This document shows positions 1-11,100 of a DNA stretch of 64,000 bases, piece after piece. Each line of letters starts with the position of its first letter. Position 1 is the first letter of the stretch. The position numbers and the translations under genes are program-made. Under the pieces are notes generated by a model that saw only the letters and a list, made by a program, of their open reading frames with translations, made no database searches and was not told the origin of the DNA. The stretch comes from Acidobacteriota bacterium (GTDB lineage: Bacteria > Acidobacteriota > UBA6911 > RPQK01 > JAJDTT01). The DNA lies in contig CBDCMS010000004.1 in the NCBI GenBank assembly GCA_965219005.1, forward strand, positions 659,841 to 723,840, in the 5' to 3' direction.

Positions 1-167
1 ACTTCATCACCACCGGACTCGGGGTGAACTTCTACTTCGGAGGGACCTCTCTGCTGATCGTGGTCGGAGTGGGTATGGATACCGTGAAACAGATCGAGTC
101 CCAGCTGATCATGCGTCACTATGAGGGTTTTCTAAAGAAGGGAAGAATTCGAGGAAGAAGAGGTTGA
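1..167 (+). CDS. secY: Preprotein translocase SecY, 3' end (partial)
   Basis: Translates [45 protein letters not shown]; lies directly upstream of adk. Confidence 0.95.
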   Translation, partial: FITTGLGVNFYFGGTSLLIVVGVGMDTVKQIESQLIMRHYEGFLKKGRIRGRRG

Positions 168-405
168 AAGAACCCATCGCACGTCTGAACGTCGCACGTT
201 GTTGAGGAATTCATCCCTAGATGTTAGAGCGAAACACAGCCGCGCACGACTTGACGTGTCAGCGACATGTATCCAAGTTCCGAGGAGTAAGCGGGACTGA
301 CATGTTCAGCTGAATCATCCAGCTTGGCCGGTGGCGAGAAGCTGAGACTGGAAGGATCCTCTTCCTCGAATGGGGCCACCGGCAGAAAGAAGTTTCGAGT
401 AACAC

Positions 406-1068
406 ATGGCAGCCGAGAACGTCGTTATCCTGATGGGGCCTCCAGGTGCCGGAAAAGGCACGCAGGCCATGATGTTGGCGGAGAAGTTTGGCTTTGCCCA
501 TATTTCGACCGGTGACATCCTGCGCCAGGAAGTTCGGGCGGGCACGGCCCTTGGAGCAAAGGTCGAAGAGATCATGAACTCCGGCGCTCTGGTTCCGGAC
601 GAATTGGTGGCAGAGATCGTCGGCGAGCGGCTTGGCAGCGGAGATGCTCCTTCCGATATCTTGTTGGACGGCTTCCCACGGACGGTGCCACAAGCAGAGT
701 ATCTGGAGACCCTGGCCGGAGATTTTGAGCAGATTGCCGTTAACCTCCACCTGAGTGAAGAAGAGGTCGTCAGGCGGCTGGCGGGGCGTCGGCACTGTGC
801 GGGCTGTGGTAGAATCTACAATGTTTACTACTCTGCGCCCACGCAGGAAGGTGTCTGTGATGGTTGTAGGGGAGAGTTGCTCCAGCGTCCCGACGATGCC
901 GAGGAGGTGGTTCGGGAGCGTCTCAAGGTTTATCAGGAGCAGACCAGTCCTCTCATTGAGTTTTATAAGAGCCGAGAGGGCTATTTCGAGGTAGACGGCA
1001 GCCTGGATATGGATTCGGTCTTCGAGGAGCTCTCGTCCCTGGTTGTGGGACATCAGAGCAAAGCTTGA
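406..1068 (+). CDS. adk: Adenylate kinase (Zn-LID type)
   Basis: GPPGAGKGTQA P-loop, LDGFPRT, CxxC...CxxC LID. Confidence 0.97.
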   Translation: MAAENVVILMGPPGAGKGTQAMMLAEKFGFAHISTGDILRQEVRAGTALGAKVEEIMNSGALVPDELVAEIVGERLGSGDAPSDILLDGFPRTVPQAEYLETLAGDFEQIAVNLHLSEEEVVRRLAGRRHCAGCGRIYNVYYSAPTQEGVCDGCRGELLQRPDDAEEVVRERLKVYQEQTSPLIEFYKSREGYFEVDGSLDMDSVFEELSSLVVGHQSKA

Positions 1069-1093
1069 AGTGTCGGCGTAGACTGGAATAACG

Positions 1094-1882
1094 GTGATTG
1101 TCTGCAAGGGAAAAGCTGAACTGGCCAAGATGAGAGAGGCCAACCTGATCGTGGCTCAGGTTCTCGATCATCTCGGCAGCCTGATCGCGCCGGGCGTGAC
1201 CACAAGTGAACTTGATGCGGTAGCAGAAGAGATGATCCTGAAGGCAGGTGCCAAGCCGGCTTTCAAGGGTTATCGAGGCTACCCAGCGACAGTATGTGCT
1301 TCTGTCAACGATCGGATCGTTCACGGGATTCCCAACGACGATCCCCTGAAGCAGGGCGACATTATCGGTTTGGATGTTGGAGTTTGTTATAAGGGCTTCT
1401 ACGGAGACTCCGCTTGGAGCTTCTCCGTTGGAGCCATTTCCGGGGAATTGAAGAGTTTGTTGGATGTCACCCGGGAGTCGCTCTACAGAGGAATAGAAAA
1501 GGTGGTCGTAGGGAACCGGATTTCGGATATTTCCCACAGCATTCAGCAGCACGTGGAGAGCCATGGTTTTACGGTGGTTTGCGAGTTTGTGGGGCACGGG
1601 ATCGGGAAAGCTCTGCACGAGGAACCACAGGTTCCCAATTTCGGTCAGCCGGGACGAGGCCCCAAGCTCCAAGCGGGCATGGTGCTGGCGATTGAGCCAA
1701 TGGTCAACAGCAAGGGGCCCGGAGTGAAGGTGCTGGACGACCGCTGGACTGCCGTCACGGCGGACGGCGGCTACAGTGCACACTTCGAACACTCGGTGGC
1801 TGTAACCGAGGATGGCCCCTGGATCTTGAGTCTAGCCAACGGCAACGGAGCCGCCGATCGGGGAAGGATGATTGAAAGATGA
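1094..1882 (+). CDS. map: Type I methionine aminopeptidase
   Basis: [30 protein letters not shown] motifs; operon context. Confidence 0.97.
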   Translation: MIVCKGKAELAKMREANLIVAQVLDHLGSLIAPGVTTSELDAVAEEMILKAGAKPAFKGYRGYPATVCASVNDRIVHGIPNDDPLKQGDIIGLDVGVCYKGFYGDSAWSFSVGAISGELKSLLDVTRESLYRGIEKVVVGNRISDISHSIQQHVESHGFTVVCEFVGHGIGKALHEEPQVPNFGQPGRGPKLQAGMVLAIEPMVNSKGPGVKVLDDRWTAVTADGGYSAHFEHSVAVTEDGPWILSLANGNGAADRGRMIER

Positions 1883-1992
1883 AGGTTCGCGCATCGGTAA
1901 AACGTATCTGTCGCCAGTGCAAGATCGTCCGTCGAAAAGGGGTAGTTCGAGTGATTTGTCCGAACCCGAAGCATAAGCAGCGACAAGGGTAG
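1879..1992 (+). CDS. rpmJ: 50S ribosomal protein L36 (Zn-binding type)
   Basis: Not in ORF track; reads [41 protein letters not shown] overlap with the map stop. Confidence 0.97.
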   Translation: MKVRASVKRICRQCKIVRRKGVVRVICPNPKHKQRQG

Positions 1993-2000
1993 GGAGTGTT

Positions 2001-2375
2001 ATGCGAATCATCGGGGTGAACATTCCAGACAACAAGCGGATCGAAATAGCCCTGACCTATATCTACGGGATTGGGAGAGTGCGTTCCGGCAAGATTTTGA
2101 CCGAGGCAGGAATAGACTGGGACAAGAAAGCCCTGGATATTACCGAAGAGGAAGCCACTCAGATTCGGCGGATCATCGAAGAACAAGGCCGGATCGAAGG
2201 AGATCTGCGCAAGGAGCTGCAACTCAACATCAAGCGTCTGATGGATATCGGTTGTTATCGCGGACTCCGTCACCGGCGCGGCCTGCCCGCTCGTGGACAG
2301 CGCACTCACACCAACTCACGAACCCGAAAGGGTCCGCGCAAAGGCAGGATCCTACGTCGTAAGAAACGCCAGTAG
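2001..2375 (+). CDS. rpsM: 30S ribosomal protein S13
   Basis: [33 protein letters not shown]. Confidence 0.97.
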   Translation: MRIIGVNIPDNKRIEIALTYIYGIGRVRSGKILTEAGIDWDKKALDITEEEATQIRRIIEEQGRIEGDLRKELQLNIKRLMDIGCYRGLRHRRGLPARGQRTHTNSRTRKGPRKGRILRRKKRQ

Positions 2376-2390
2376 GCTGCGAGGAAGAAC

Positions 2391-2798
2391 ATGGCAAAAG
2401 CCGCCAAGGCAGGAAAGAAGAAGTCGAGCAAGAAGAAAGAAAAGCGGACGATCGCTCACGGGATCGTCCACATCAAGTCGACGTTCAACAATACGATGAT
2501 CAGCATCACAGACCAGGATGGCAACGTTCTGGCCGCAGCCAGCTCGGGGATGCAGGGTTTCAAGGGCAGTCGAAAGAGTACTCCTTTCGCGTCATCTCAG
2601 GCAGGCCATACGGCTGCCAACAAGGCGCGGGATCAATTCGGGATGCGAAGCTGTGAAGTGTGGGTCAAAGGACCGGGTGCCGGCCGGGAATCGGCGGTGC
2701 GCGCCATCCAGGCTTCGGGCATCGACATCAGGTCCATCAGGGATGTGACGCCTATCCCCCACAACGGTTGTCGGCCTCCCAAGCGGAGACGAGTCTGA
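2391..2798 (+). CDS. rpsK: 30S ribosomal protein S11
   Basis: [36 protein letters not shown]. Confidence 0.97.
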   Translation: MAKAAKAGKKKSSKKKEKRTIAHGIVHIKSTFNNTMISITDQDGNVLAAASSGMQGFKGSRKSTPFASSQAGHTAANKARDQFGMRSCEVWVKGPGAGRESAVRAIQASGIDIRSIRDVTPIPHNGCRPPKRRRV

Positions 2799-2931
2799 AG
2801 GTTTGTGCTTGTGTGGGCAATGGGCTGGCCAGAGGGGCCGCCGATAGTGGAAATCTGAATTGCAAACGTTCTTGCTGTCGCACGATGTGTAAAAGCGGCA
2901 TCGAGGAATTGAGGTAGAGAGGAGAGTCGGT

Positions 2932-3567
2932 TTGGCACGCAATGCAGGTCCTGTTTGTCGCCTCTGCAGGCGAGAGGGCATGAAGCTATTCTTGAAGGGG
3001 CAGCGGTGTTACTCGGAGAGATGCGCCGTTGACAAGCGTAATTTTGTTCCGGGTGAGCACGGCCGGGATATGCGCACCCGGGCCAAGGTAATCGGATACG
3101 GTTTGCAGCTGCGAGAGAAGCAGAAGGTCAAGCGTATCTACGGCGTCCTCGAACGCCAGTTCCGCCGGTATTTCCAGAAGGCGGCCAAGCGCAAGCGTAT
3201 TACCGGCGAACAACTGTTGCAGTTTCTGGAGCTGCGGTTGGACAACGTAGTCTACCGCCTTGGTTTTGCGACCTCGCGCAGCCAGGCCAGGCAGTTCGTG
3301 CGTCACGGGCATGTGACCGTCAACGGGCGTAAAGTGAACATCCCTTCCTACCTGGTGAAAACAGGTGACGAGGTTGCCATCCGCCAGAAGAGCACAAAGA
3401 ATCCCTTTATCCTGAGCTCCCTCGAGGAGGTCGCGGGGCGGGGCGTTCCCAGCTGGCTCAACCTGGATAAGGAGAGTCTCAAGGGACAGATTGTCGAAGT
3501 GCCTCGGCGGGACGAGATTGCGATCCCGATTGAAGAGTCATTGGTGGTCGAGCTCTATTCGAAGTAA
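2932..3567 (+). CDS. rpsD: 30S ribosomal protein S4 (Zn-ribbon type, TTG start)
   Basis: [42 protein letters not shown]. Confidence 0.97.
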   Translation: MARNAGPVCRLCRREGMKLFLKGQRCYSERCAVDKRNFVPGEHGRDMRTRAKVIGYGLQLREKQKVKRIYGVLERQFRRYFQKAAKRKRITGEQLLQFLELRLDNVVYRLGFATSRSQARQFVRHGHVTVNGRKVNIPSYLVKTGDEVAIRQKSTKNPFILSSLEEVAGRGVPSWLNLDKESLKGQIVEVPRRDEIAIPIEESLVVELYSK

Positions 3568-3603
3568 GACCTCCGCAGCCGCAGCCGAATCCAAAACACC
3601 AGA

Positions 3604-4605
3604 GTGGAGATAGAATCGATGCAAGGGTTTCAAAGACCAAAGCGACTATTTTACGATGCCCAGACACTGACCCCGACTTTCGGGCATTTTTACGCGCAGC
3701 CTTTCGAGCGCGGTTACGCGACCACGATCGGGAACGCGCTTCGCCGTATCCTGCTTTCCTCGACTGAGGGAGCTGCCATTACGGCAGTGAAGATTGAGGA
3801 TGTCCTGCACGAGTTCTCTTCGATTCCCGGTGTGCGAGAGGACGTGACCGATATCCTGATGAATCTGAAGCAGATCCCACTGATGCTGCACGTGGATCAC
3901 CCTAAGATCCTCCATCTGGAGGCCAGTGGTGAGGGTGAGGTGAAAGCGGGAGACATCAAGCCGGACCCGGACATCGAGATCCTGGACAAGGACGTCTATA
4001 TCGCGACCAAGAACAAAGCCTCCAAGCTGGTCATGGAAATCCAGGTCAAGAAGGGAAGAGGTTACGTCCCGGCCAGCGAAAACTACGACGAAGAGTTGGA
4101 CGTGTCTTACATTCCGGTGGACTCGGTTCACACCCCGGTAAGAAAGGCCAACTTCGCGGTCGAGGCAGCTCGGCTGGGCCAGTCAACCGAGTACGAGCGC
4201 TTGAACCTGGATGTGTGGACCAATGGCAGCCTGAGTCCCCAGGATGCAGTCGGTCAGGCCGCCAAGATCCTCAAGGACCATCTCTACTTGTTCATCAACT
4301 TCGAAGAGGAGCCCGAGGAGTCGGCTCGGGAAGAGGATGACGAGCTCCATGTCGTCAATGAGAACTTGAACAAGTCCGTGGAAGAGCTGGAGCTCTCGGT
4401 GAGGGCCTACAATTGCCTCAAGAATGCCAACGTCCAGACGATTGGCGAGCTGATTGTCCGCACCGAAGCGGAGATGTTGAAGACCAAGAATTTCGGACGC
4501 AAATCGTTGAACGAAATCAAGGAGCTCCTGTCAGATATGGGACTTTCCTTCGGCATGAAGATTGACGCTAAAGGCAGACTGATTCAGGAGACCGTGGAGG
4601 CGTAG
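3604..4605 (+). CDS. rpoA: RNA polymerase subunit alpha
   Basis: [44 protein letters not shown]; start may be the ATG at 3619. Confidence 0.97.
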   Translation: MEIESMQGFQRPKRLFYDAQTLTPTFGHFYAQPFERGYATTIGNALRRILLSSTEGAAITAVKIEDVLHEFSSIPGVREDVTDILMNLKQIPLMLHVDHPKILHLEASGEGEVKAGDIKPDPDIEILDKDVYIATKNKASKLVMEIQVKKGRGYVPASENYDEELDVSYIPVDSVHTPVRKANFAVEAARLGQSTEYERLNLDVWTNGSLSPQDAVGQAAKILKDHLYLFINFEEEPEESAREEDDELHVVNENLNKSVEELELSVRAYNCLKNANVQTIGELIVRTEAEMLKTKNFGRKSLNEIKELLSDMGLSFGMKIDAKGRLIQETVEA

Positions 4606-4637
4606 GAGCCTAGCCAGCAGAGATTGGGAAAAGAGCC

Positions 4638-5084
4638 ATGCGACACCGTAGGGAAGGCCGAAAGCTAGGGCGAAACGCGAGCCACAGGAAGGCGCTGTTT
4701 CGCAACATGGTCACCGATTTCCTGGACAAAGAGCATCTGATCACGACGGTTCCCAAGGCGAAAGAACTTCGCCCCGTGGCTGAAAAGATGATCAGCCTGG
4801 GCAAGAAGGAAACGCTGGCCGCTCGACGCCGCGTCCTCTCCTTCATCCGAAGAAGAGCGGTGGTGCGAAAGCTGTTTGACGATCTGGCCCCACGCTTCGC
4901 GGACCGCCACGGCGGCTACACCCGGATTGTTCGACTCGGATTTCGGCGTGGCGACAACGCCGAGCTAGCCCTGCTCGAGCTGGTGGGCAGCGAGTTCAAG
5001 GCTGTTGCGGACACGCCCAAGAAGGAAAAGAAGGAAGACAAGGAAGACAAGGAAGAGAAAGAAAACAAAGAAGAAAAGGAATAG
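4638..5084 (+). CDS. rplQ: 50S ribosomal protein L17 with K/E-rich tail
   Basis: MRHR..GRKLGR..SHRKALFRN, GGYTRI, RRGDNA. Confidence 0.97.
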   Translation: MRHRREGRKLGRNASHRKALFRNMVTDFLDKEHLITTVPKAKELRPVAEKMISLGKKETLAARRRVLSFIRRRAVVRKLFDDLAPRFADRHGGYTRIVRLGFRRGDNAELALLELVGSEFKAVADTPKKEKKEDKEDKEEKENKEEKE

Positions 5085-5103
5085 TTGGAGCTCCACCCTT
5101 TTT

Positions 5104-5167
5104 CAAGCACCAAGATACAAGATACAAGATACAAACAAATTCCGAATTCCAAGCACCGAATCCCCAA
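5104..5167 (+). repeat. Heptamer tandem tract (CAAGATA x3 plus degenerate units)
   Basis: caagcac caagata caagata caagata caaacaa ... downstream of rplQ. Confidence 0.7.
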
Positions 5168-5177
5168 TAGCCTGGAC

Positions 5178-7379
5178 GTGGATCGGCGAGTCACAACCCT
5201 GGGTTTTCTCGCTTGCCTCCTTCTTTTGTCCCTGCCAGCATCTGCCCAGCTCCGGCAGCTGACGCTGGACGACCTCTTTGATCCCCAAAAAAAGACCAAC
5301 TTCAGCGGATCCCCTCCTCGTGGGCTGAAATGGCTCAAAGACGGTGAGCACTTCCTGAAGGGCCGCGGCCGCGGATCGAGCGGTCTGGTCCGGGTCAACG
5401 CCGCCACAGGCGAGGAGAAGGCCGTCTTCGACGGCACCGACCTGAGAGCTTCGCTGGCGACCCTGCCAGGATTTGCAGAATCCTCGCTAGAGAAGACCGC
5501 GAAAGATAGCCGATTTGAGCTCAGTCCCGATGAAAAGGGTGTCCTGATCCGTCACGCCGGGGATCTCTTCTACCATCGCTTCGGCGATGGTGGGGCTTCG
5601 CGCCTCACCCGTACTCCCCAAGAGGAGGAGCTTGGCGGCTTCAGTCCCGATAGCAGCCTGGTGAGCTTCGTACGCGACAGCGACCTCTACGTGGTCGATG
5701 TCCAGGGAGGAAAGGAGCGCCGGCTCACGACCGACGGCAGCAGCGAACTTCTCAACGGCAAGCTGGATTGGGTCTACCAGGAAGAAATCTACGGCCGGGG
5801 TAACTTCAAGGGCTACTGGTGGAGCCCGGATTCTTCGCGGATCGCCTACCTGAAACTGGACGAGTCCCGGGTACCGGAGTTCACCGTGTTGGATCATGAG
5901 CCGCTTCACCTGGGCCGCGAGGTGATGCGCTATCCCAAGGCTGGCGATCCGAATCCTGAGGTCCGACTGGGGCTGATCTCCGCCGCCGCGGGCAAGACTG
6001 AGTGGGTGGAGACGTTCAAGTACGAGGGCTCCGAGTTCCTGATCACTCGTGTGGGATGGGCACCTGACAGCCAAGCCGTGTTGTTCCAGCTACAGAATCG
6101 GCAGCAGACCTGGTTGGATCTGAACCGGTTCGATCTGGCTGGGCACAAGACCACAACCCTGCTGCGTGAGAAGACACCGGCCTGGACCAGCGTCCTGGGC
6201 GAGCCCAAGTGGCTCAAGGACGGATCCTTTCTCTGGCTGAGCGAGCGCAGTGGTTGGAAGCACATCTATCACTACACGGCAGCGGGAAAGCTGATCCGGC
6301 CCCTCACCGACGGCGAATGGGAGGTTGCGAGCCTTTTTGGAGCCGACCCGGATGCGGATTGGGTCTACTTTTCGGCGAACCGCGACAAGCCGACCGAGCA
6401 GCATGTGTACCGGGTCCGCTTGGACGGCGGAGACCTGAAACGCCTTTCTCGCAGCTCCGGAACGCACCGAGCGAAATTCAATCCGCAGTTCAGTCACTTC
6501 ATCGACTCCTGGAGCGACATCAGGACGCCGGTAAAGATGGGTCTGTACGACTCTGAGGGAGCCTGGGTTCGGATGATCGACGAGAATCGGATCGAGGCCT
6601 TGGAGGAACTGGAGCTCTCGTCTCCGGAGTTTCTTCGGGTCAAGACCAGCGACGGATTCTCGATGGAAGCGATGATGATCCGGCCATCCGACTTCGATTC
6701 CAAGAAGAAGTATCCGGTTCTATGCTACGTCTATGGGGGGCCGCAGATACCGAGAGTGAAGAACCGATGGGGTGGAAGCCGATACCTATGGCACCAGTTT
6801 CTGGCCCAGAAGGGCTACATCATCTGGATGTGTGACAACCGCAGCGCCAGTGGAAAAGGGGCGAAGTCGGCCTGGCCTGTCTTCCGCAACCTGGGAGAAC
6901 TGGAACTGCGCGATGTAGAGGAGGGGCTCCAGTGGCTACGATCCAAGCCCTACGTCGATCCTGAGCGGATAGGCATCTGGGGCTGGAGCTACGGCGGCTA
7001 CCTGACGTCCTACGCGCTGACGCACAGCACCAGCTTCAAGATGGGGATCGCCGGGGCTCCAGTAACCGACTGGAAGCTCTACGACACTATCTACACCGAG
7101 CGATACATGGGCATCCCCCAGGAGAATCCGGAAGGCTACAACAAGAGCTCTGTACTAGAGGCAGCGGACGCCCTGAGCGGCAAACTACTACTGATCCACG
7201 GAACGACAGACGACAACGTCCACCTACAGAACACGATCCAGCTAGTGGATCGACTCCAGAAGAAGGGAAAGACCTTCGAAATGATGCTCTATCCCAAATC
7301 CCGCCACGGAGTCACCAATACCACCCAGCAAAACCACCTGTATAGATTGATGACAAGATTCATCCTGGACAATCTCTAG
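5178..7379 (+). CDS. S9B family dipeptidyl-peptidase IV-like serine peptidase, secreted
   Basis: DWVYQEEI, YPKAG, GWSYGG nucleophile, DDNVH, H at SRHG; signal peptide after the GTG at 5178 (ORF track starts at 5085). Confidence 0.93.
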   Translation: MDRRVTTLGFLACLLLLSLPASAQLRQLTLDDLFDPQKKTNFSGSPPRGLKWLKDGEHFLKGRGRGSSGLVRVNAATGEEKAVFDGTDLRASLATLPGFAESSLEKTAKDSRFELSPDEKGVLIRHAGDLFYHRFGDGGASRLTRTPQEEELGGFSPDSSLVSFVRDSDLYVVDVQGGKERRLTTDGSSELLNGKLDWVYQEEIYGRGNFKGYWWSPDSSRIAYLKLDESRVPEFTVLDHEPLHLGREVMRYPKAGDPNPEVRLGLISAAAGKTEWVETFKYEGSEFLITRVGWAPDSQAVLFQLQNRQQTWLDLNRFDLAGHKTTTLLREKTPAWTSVLGEPKWLKDGSFLWLSERSGWKHIYHYTAAGKLIRPLTDGEWEVASLFGADPDADWVYFSANRDKPTEQHVYRVRLDGGDLKRLSRSSGTHRAKFNPQFSHFIDSWSDIRTPVKMGLYDSEGAWVRMIDENRIEALEELELSSPEFLRVKTSDGFSMEAMMIRPSDFDSKKKYPVLCYVYGGPQIPRVKNRWGGSRYLWHQFLAQKGYIIWMCDNRSASGKGAKSAWPVFRNLGELELRDVEEGLQWLRSKPYVDPERIGIWGWSYGGYLTSYALTHSTSFKMGIAGAPVTDWKLYDTIYTERYMGIPQENPEGYNKSSVLEAADALSGKLLLIHGTTDDNVHLQNTIQLVDRLQKKGKTFEMMLYPKSRHGVTNTTQQNHLYRLMTRFILDNL

Positions 7380-7610
7380 CGAACTGACCTTAAAGTTGAA
7401 AGTGGAAAATGATCGATGCGCACCAGCGGAAACAGCAAAACCAACAGAGCCGCGCACGGCTTGACGCGTCAGCAATATGAGGCCAAGTTCCGGCCGTCGA
7501 GGACGACGAAGGCGGGAGAAAGCGGACAACAGCACAATCTCCCCCAATCGCCAACAGGGTTTTCCACCTGAATGATCCAGCGCAGCAGTCGGCACCCGGG
7601 GACCCGAATC

Positions 7611-7639
7611 TTGACGCGATTCCCCCTTTTCGATATATT
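7611..7639 (+). promoter_or_regulatory. sigma70-like promoter of tRNA-Asn
   Basis: TTGACG-17 nt-TATATT, 16 nt upstream of the tRNA. Confidence 0.7.
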
Positions 7640-7655
7640 GCAGCCCATCCAATGC

Positions 7656-7734
<79 letters not shown>

Positions 7735-7745
7735 TATTCAACAAC

Positions 7746-8525
7746 TTACCCCGATGTCTTAAACTTCAGAATCCTGCCTGTGCCACTTTTTGTGCCACTT
7801 TGTGCCACCGTTGCCGACCCACCCAACGCCTGATCAATCAAGCGGATCGCCTGATCCTTCGTACGAGGCGCCAGGTGCGCATAGCGCAAGGTCATGGCTA
7901 GGGTGCGGTGACCCAAGAGCTCCCTAACGACATTCAAGTCTGCCCCATTCATGACGAGATAAGAAGCGAAGGTGTGCCGCAGATCATGAAATCGGAATTC
8001 GTCGATCCCGGCCTTCTTGAGGGCCTGTCGAAAGGCGTTCTTGATATCGGTATAGGGCTCATTGGGCTCGCCAGATCGGTGGGCCGGATTGCGGCGGGGC
8101 AGGTGGCTAGGAAAAACATAGCCACTGCCCGATCGCGAGTGTTGAGACCCGAGATCCTCCAGCAACTCATCACTGATCGGTAGGTAGCGACTGATACCGC
8201 TTTTCGCCTCTCGGACGAAAATGACCCGCTGGCTCAAGTCGACATCCCGCCACTTGAGCTTGAGGATCTCACCGCGTCGCATACCGGTATGCAGTGCCAT
8301 CAGTACCATGGGTCTTAGATGGCGACTACAACACGCCAGCAGTTTCTGGATTTCCTCTGGTTCCAAGTATCGGACCCGATGGGGATTCTCCCGAGAGAGC
8401 CTGATGTACAAAACGGGATTTTCGAGGACCTTACGCCAGCGCTTGAAATCGATGATCAAATTGAACATGGACTTGAGGAGCTGAAGATCTCGATTGATAC
8501 AGAGCTGCTTCAGCTTACAGGAACA
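7746..8525 (-). pseudogene. Tyrosine recombinase/integrase, N-terminally truncated
   Basis: TGMRRGE, FHDLRHTFASYL, LLGH, TLRYAHL; frame continues upstream of the 8468 ATG as INRDLQLLKSMFN, then breaks at the IS30 remnant. Confidence 0.85.
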
Positions 8526-9373
8526 TCACGTAGCGCGTCTGACGTTCGACCAGGGTGGCGATTTGACTGCGCTTTGATTCCGATCAGGAGGTCCCCTTCC
8601 CCATGACCGGGTACGGCGCGCTCCTCCACCGAGGCGGGCCGCTCACGGATCGATACCGTGTCCTTGATCCGTCCGTGATCCTCCGTCTTCTGTGTATGGT
8701 GACGTGAGCGGCGCATCCCACGGGTCCGTCTCAAATGCTGCAACAGCTCTTTCTTCAAGGCGCCGCGGGCCTGGATGAAGAGGCTTTTATAGATAGTCTC
8801 GTCTGACCCCTGAAAGTCCTTGTGATCGGGATACGTGCGCTTAAGCCACCCGGCAATCTGCTCGGGCGACCAGAGCTTCTTCAGGTTCAAGGCTACGCTG
8901 TGGGCGAGTTCCCGGTTCTGGACCAGTTTACAGATTTTCGGGCGGCGCGCCCGCTCCCAAGCCGCTTGATCGGCCCGGTTGGCCCGGTACCGGAGCCGGC
9001 CGCCGTTACGCTGGAGCTCGCGACTGACCGTCGAGGGGGCGCGACCTAGCCCTCTGGCAATCGAACGGATCGAGCCGCCGGCGACCACACCGCGGGAGAT
9101 CTCCTCGCGTTCCGATGACGTCAACGCGAGTCGCGATCGTCGGCGCGGCTGCGGCCGGATGCCACCGGTCTGTTTCAGAATACCCTCAGTGGAAGAATGG
9201 CCGCGGTCAAAGAGCCGCGCGATCGAGCTCAGGGACTCGCCTTTTTGCCAGCGGTCCCACATCAAAGTCTTCTGTTCTTCCGTGTAATAGATCCTCGTCC
9301 GATATTTCATGGGCAACATCCTCCTCTCTATCGCTAGAGATTAGAGGTGTTGCATCGACCGGTTGAATCCGCA
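8510..9373 (-). mobile_element. IS30-family element, truncated (left IR 9347-9373; transposase stops just after the first catalytic Asp)
   Basis: HTH SIRSIARGLGRAPSTVSREL, WSPEQI, ETIYKSL, PGHGEGDL then breaks; terminal TGCGGATTCAACCGGTCGATGCAACAC. Confidence 0.85.
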
Positions 9374-10393
9374 GTAGAGTAAGGATGTGGCGCGGTGGTC
9401 TAAGGTTCGGCCTATCTGTTACCGCCCCTTTCGTCTGGCGGTGCCTCAATAGCCGGACCATCACTCCGTTTCCACATCCTCCTCATCGAACCGGACAGGC
9501 GGAACTACCGCATCCGGCTCTCGGACAAGACTCACGCCTTCACCCACGGCTCGCCGCGCCCAAGTTGGGTCAGGCGCACGAGCCCGAAGGGCCCGTAGAG
9601 GTGCGAGAGTGGATACGTCCCGCCCTTGCGTCGCCTGACCTTGTACTTATGGCGCAGCCACCGGCGCAGCCGCGTAGCGGTGAAGCTGTCGAGCGCACGG
9701 TAGGCCCGGCTGGTCGTCCCTACCCGAGAGTAGTTCGCCCAGCCGCGCAGAGCGCGGTTCAACTGCTGCACCAACTCCGTGGTCTTGCGCCAGTTCACCC
9801 AGCCACCGCTGAAGCGATAGCTGGGCTCAGCCTTCGCTTTCGCGTGTAATGCCCTCTGTAGTTTCTGAACCCTTTTCGGAGTTGATAGGTTGCCCAATCT
9901 CCTGGTCCCTTCACTACGTCCTGCATTCGTCTTGAACTAAGGCTCCTTCCCTCCACCGGCATTACCCGGCTTCCTCAGTAATACGGGCCTCTCCGCCACC
10001 CCAAGGCGCCCGGCCTGTCCCTCACGGGCTTCCGGTTGGCCATCCCTGGCCACGCCTAGGGGCTTCCCGTGTTGCGTGCGCTTCCCTGGTGTACATGCTG
10101 TCGCCACTACCCCGGCGCAGCGACTGGGTGCCCACTTCGCTCACTTCCCCAGCCGTATCAGCCTTCCCCGGTCTAGGAGCCGGGTCGGCCTGCGCATCGT
10201 CCTTTTCGAGGCTTGCTCAGCGTTCACTCACGTTACGGCCTGCACACTCGCGCGGTCACCAATTCGTGACTCGCTTCACCAGAGGCTTCAACCATTTCGT
10301 TACCTCCATAGTTGCTCCGGTTGCTTCCGGCTGGAGCGGTTGCCGGGTGGGGCTTTCACCCACTGGGAAAAGCGCCGCCTTACCACGGCGCAC
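9374..10393 (-). ncRNA. Group II intron with both ends present and an internally deleted IEP ORF
   Basis: 5' GTGCG at 10393; domain V GAGAGCCGGATGCGG...CCGCCTGTCCGGTTCG; domain VI ending CTCTAC at 9374. Confidence 0.88.
9532..9897 (-). pseudogene. Group II intron-encoded protein lacking the RT domain (N-terminus fused in frame to maturase X domain)
   Basis: [20 protein letters not shown] joined to [11 protein letters not shown]...RLRRWLRHK; no YADD. Confidence 0.85.
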
Positions 10394-10654
10394 CCTAAAA
10401 GCGGACATTCAAGTTTCCCGCGGAAACGTCGAATGAACTACGCTGAGATTGCAGAAAACCAGAGGCTCCTTCCGCTCTGGAAATGCCTTCTAGCCCCAGG
10501 CACTTCTCCGGCAAGGGAGATCTACGTCCAAGCGACCTGCCGCTGAAGCTTGTACTAAGACTGTGTAGTTCACTCGATATGTGTTAGTAGTCTCTAGTAA
10601 CACCAGCGCCGAGGTGGACTCGCCGCTGGGAGCTGGGAAATAACTAGAGGATCC

Positions 10655-11059
10655 TTGGTTGTCGGCCTTATTCTTGTCTTTATGCTTTCGCATTTCGCAG
10701 AAGCCTACCCCATACCTCCACAACCGTTGAGGACTCTAGCTCTGGGAAGTGACCTCATAGTGGTGGCTGATGTTGAGAAAGTGGAATACCTGAACGAGGA
10801 ACGCTCTATTTGGTCCGATTCCCAAGCGACGTTGCGCATCGCTAAAGTGCTGAAAGGAGAATGTCGAGGCACAGACCGTATTGGTGAACTTCTTCTCCAG
10901 AGCCATCACGTACCCGAGGCCAATGAACTTTCCACCCGAACGGCCCTGTGGGCAATCGAGAACATGCAGGGATCAGAAGGCTACCTTGACTTTCAGATCC
11001 AACGTGGGTACCGAAACCGGATACCCTACATGCGGTGGTCTCAAGCCTGGATGTTTTGA
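10655..11059 (+). CDS. Hypothetical secreted protein (possibly a fragment)
   Basis: Hydrophobic N-terminus, SDLIVVADVEKV; no clear family. Confidence 0.4.
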   Translation: MVVGLILVFMLSHFAEAYPIPPQPLRTLALGSDLIVVADVEKVEYLNEERSIWSDSQATLRIAKVLKGECRGTDRIGELLLQSHHVPEANELSTRTALWAIENMQGSEGYLDFQIQRGYRNRIPYMRWSQAWMF

Positions 11060-11100
11060 AAAGTGGTATTGCCTGACACCTCGTCGACTCCGGTTACGGT

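Noticed and set aside
259-1792. Long antisense ORFs (e.g. 259-1143, 953-1792, also 45384-46547 and 26817-28028)
   Set aside because: Shadow frames of recognised genes in GC-rich DNA, with no motifs of their own.
8510-10393. IStron (intron-IS chimera)
   Set aside because: The IS lies outside the 3' splice site, and known IStrons are group I introns; kept only as an adjacency observation.
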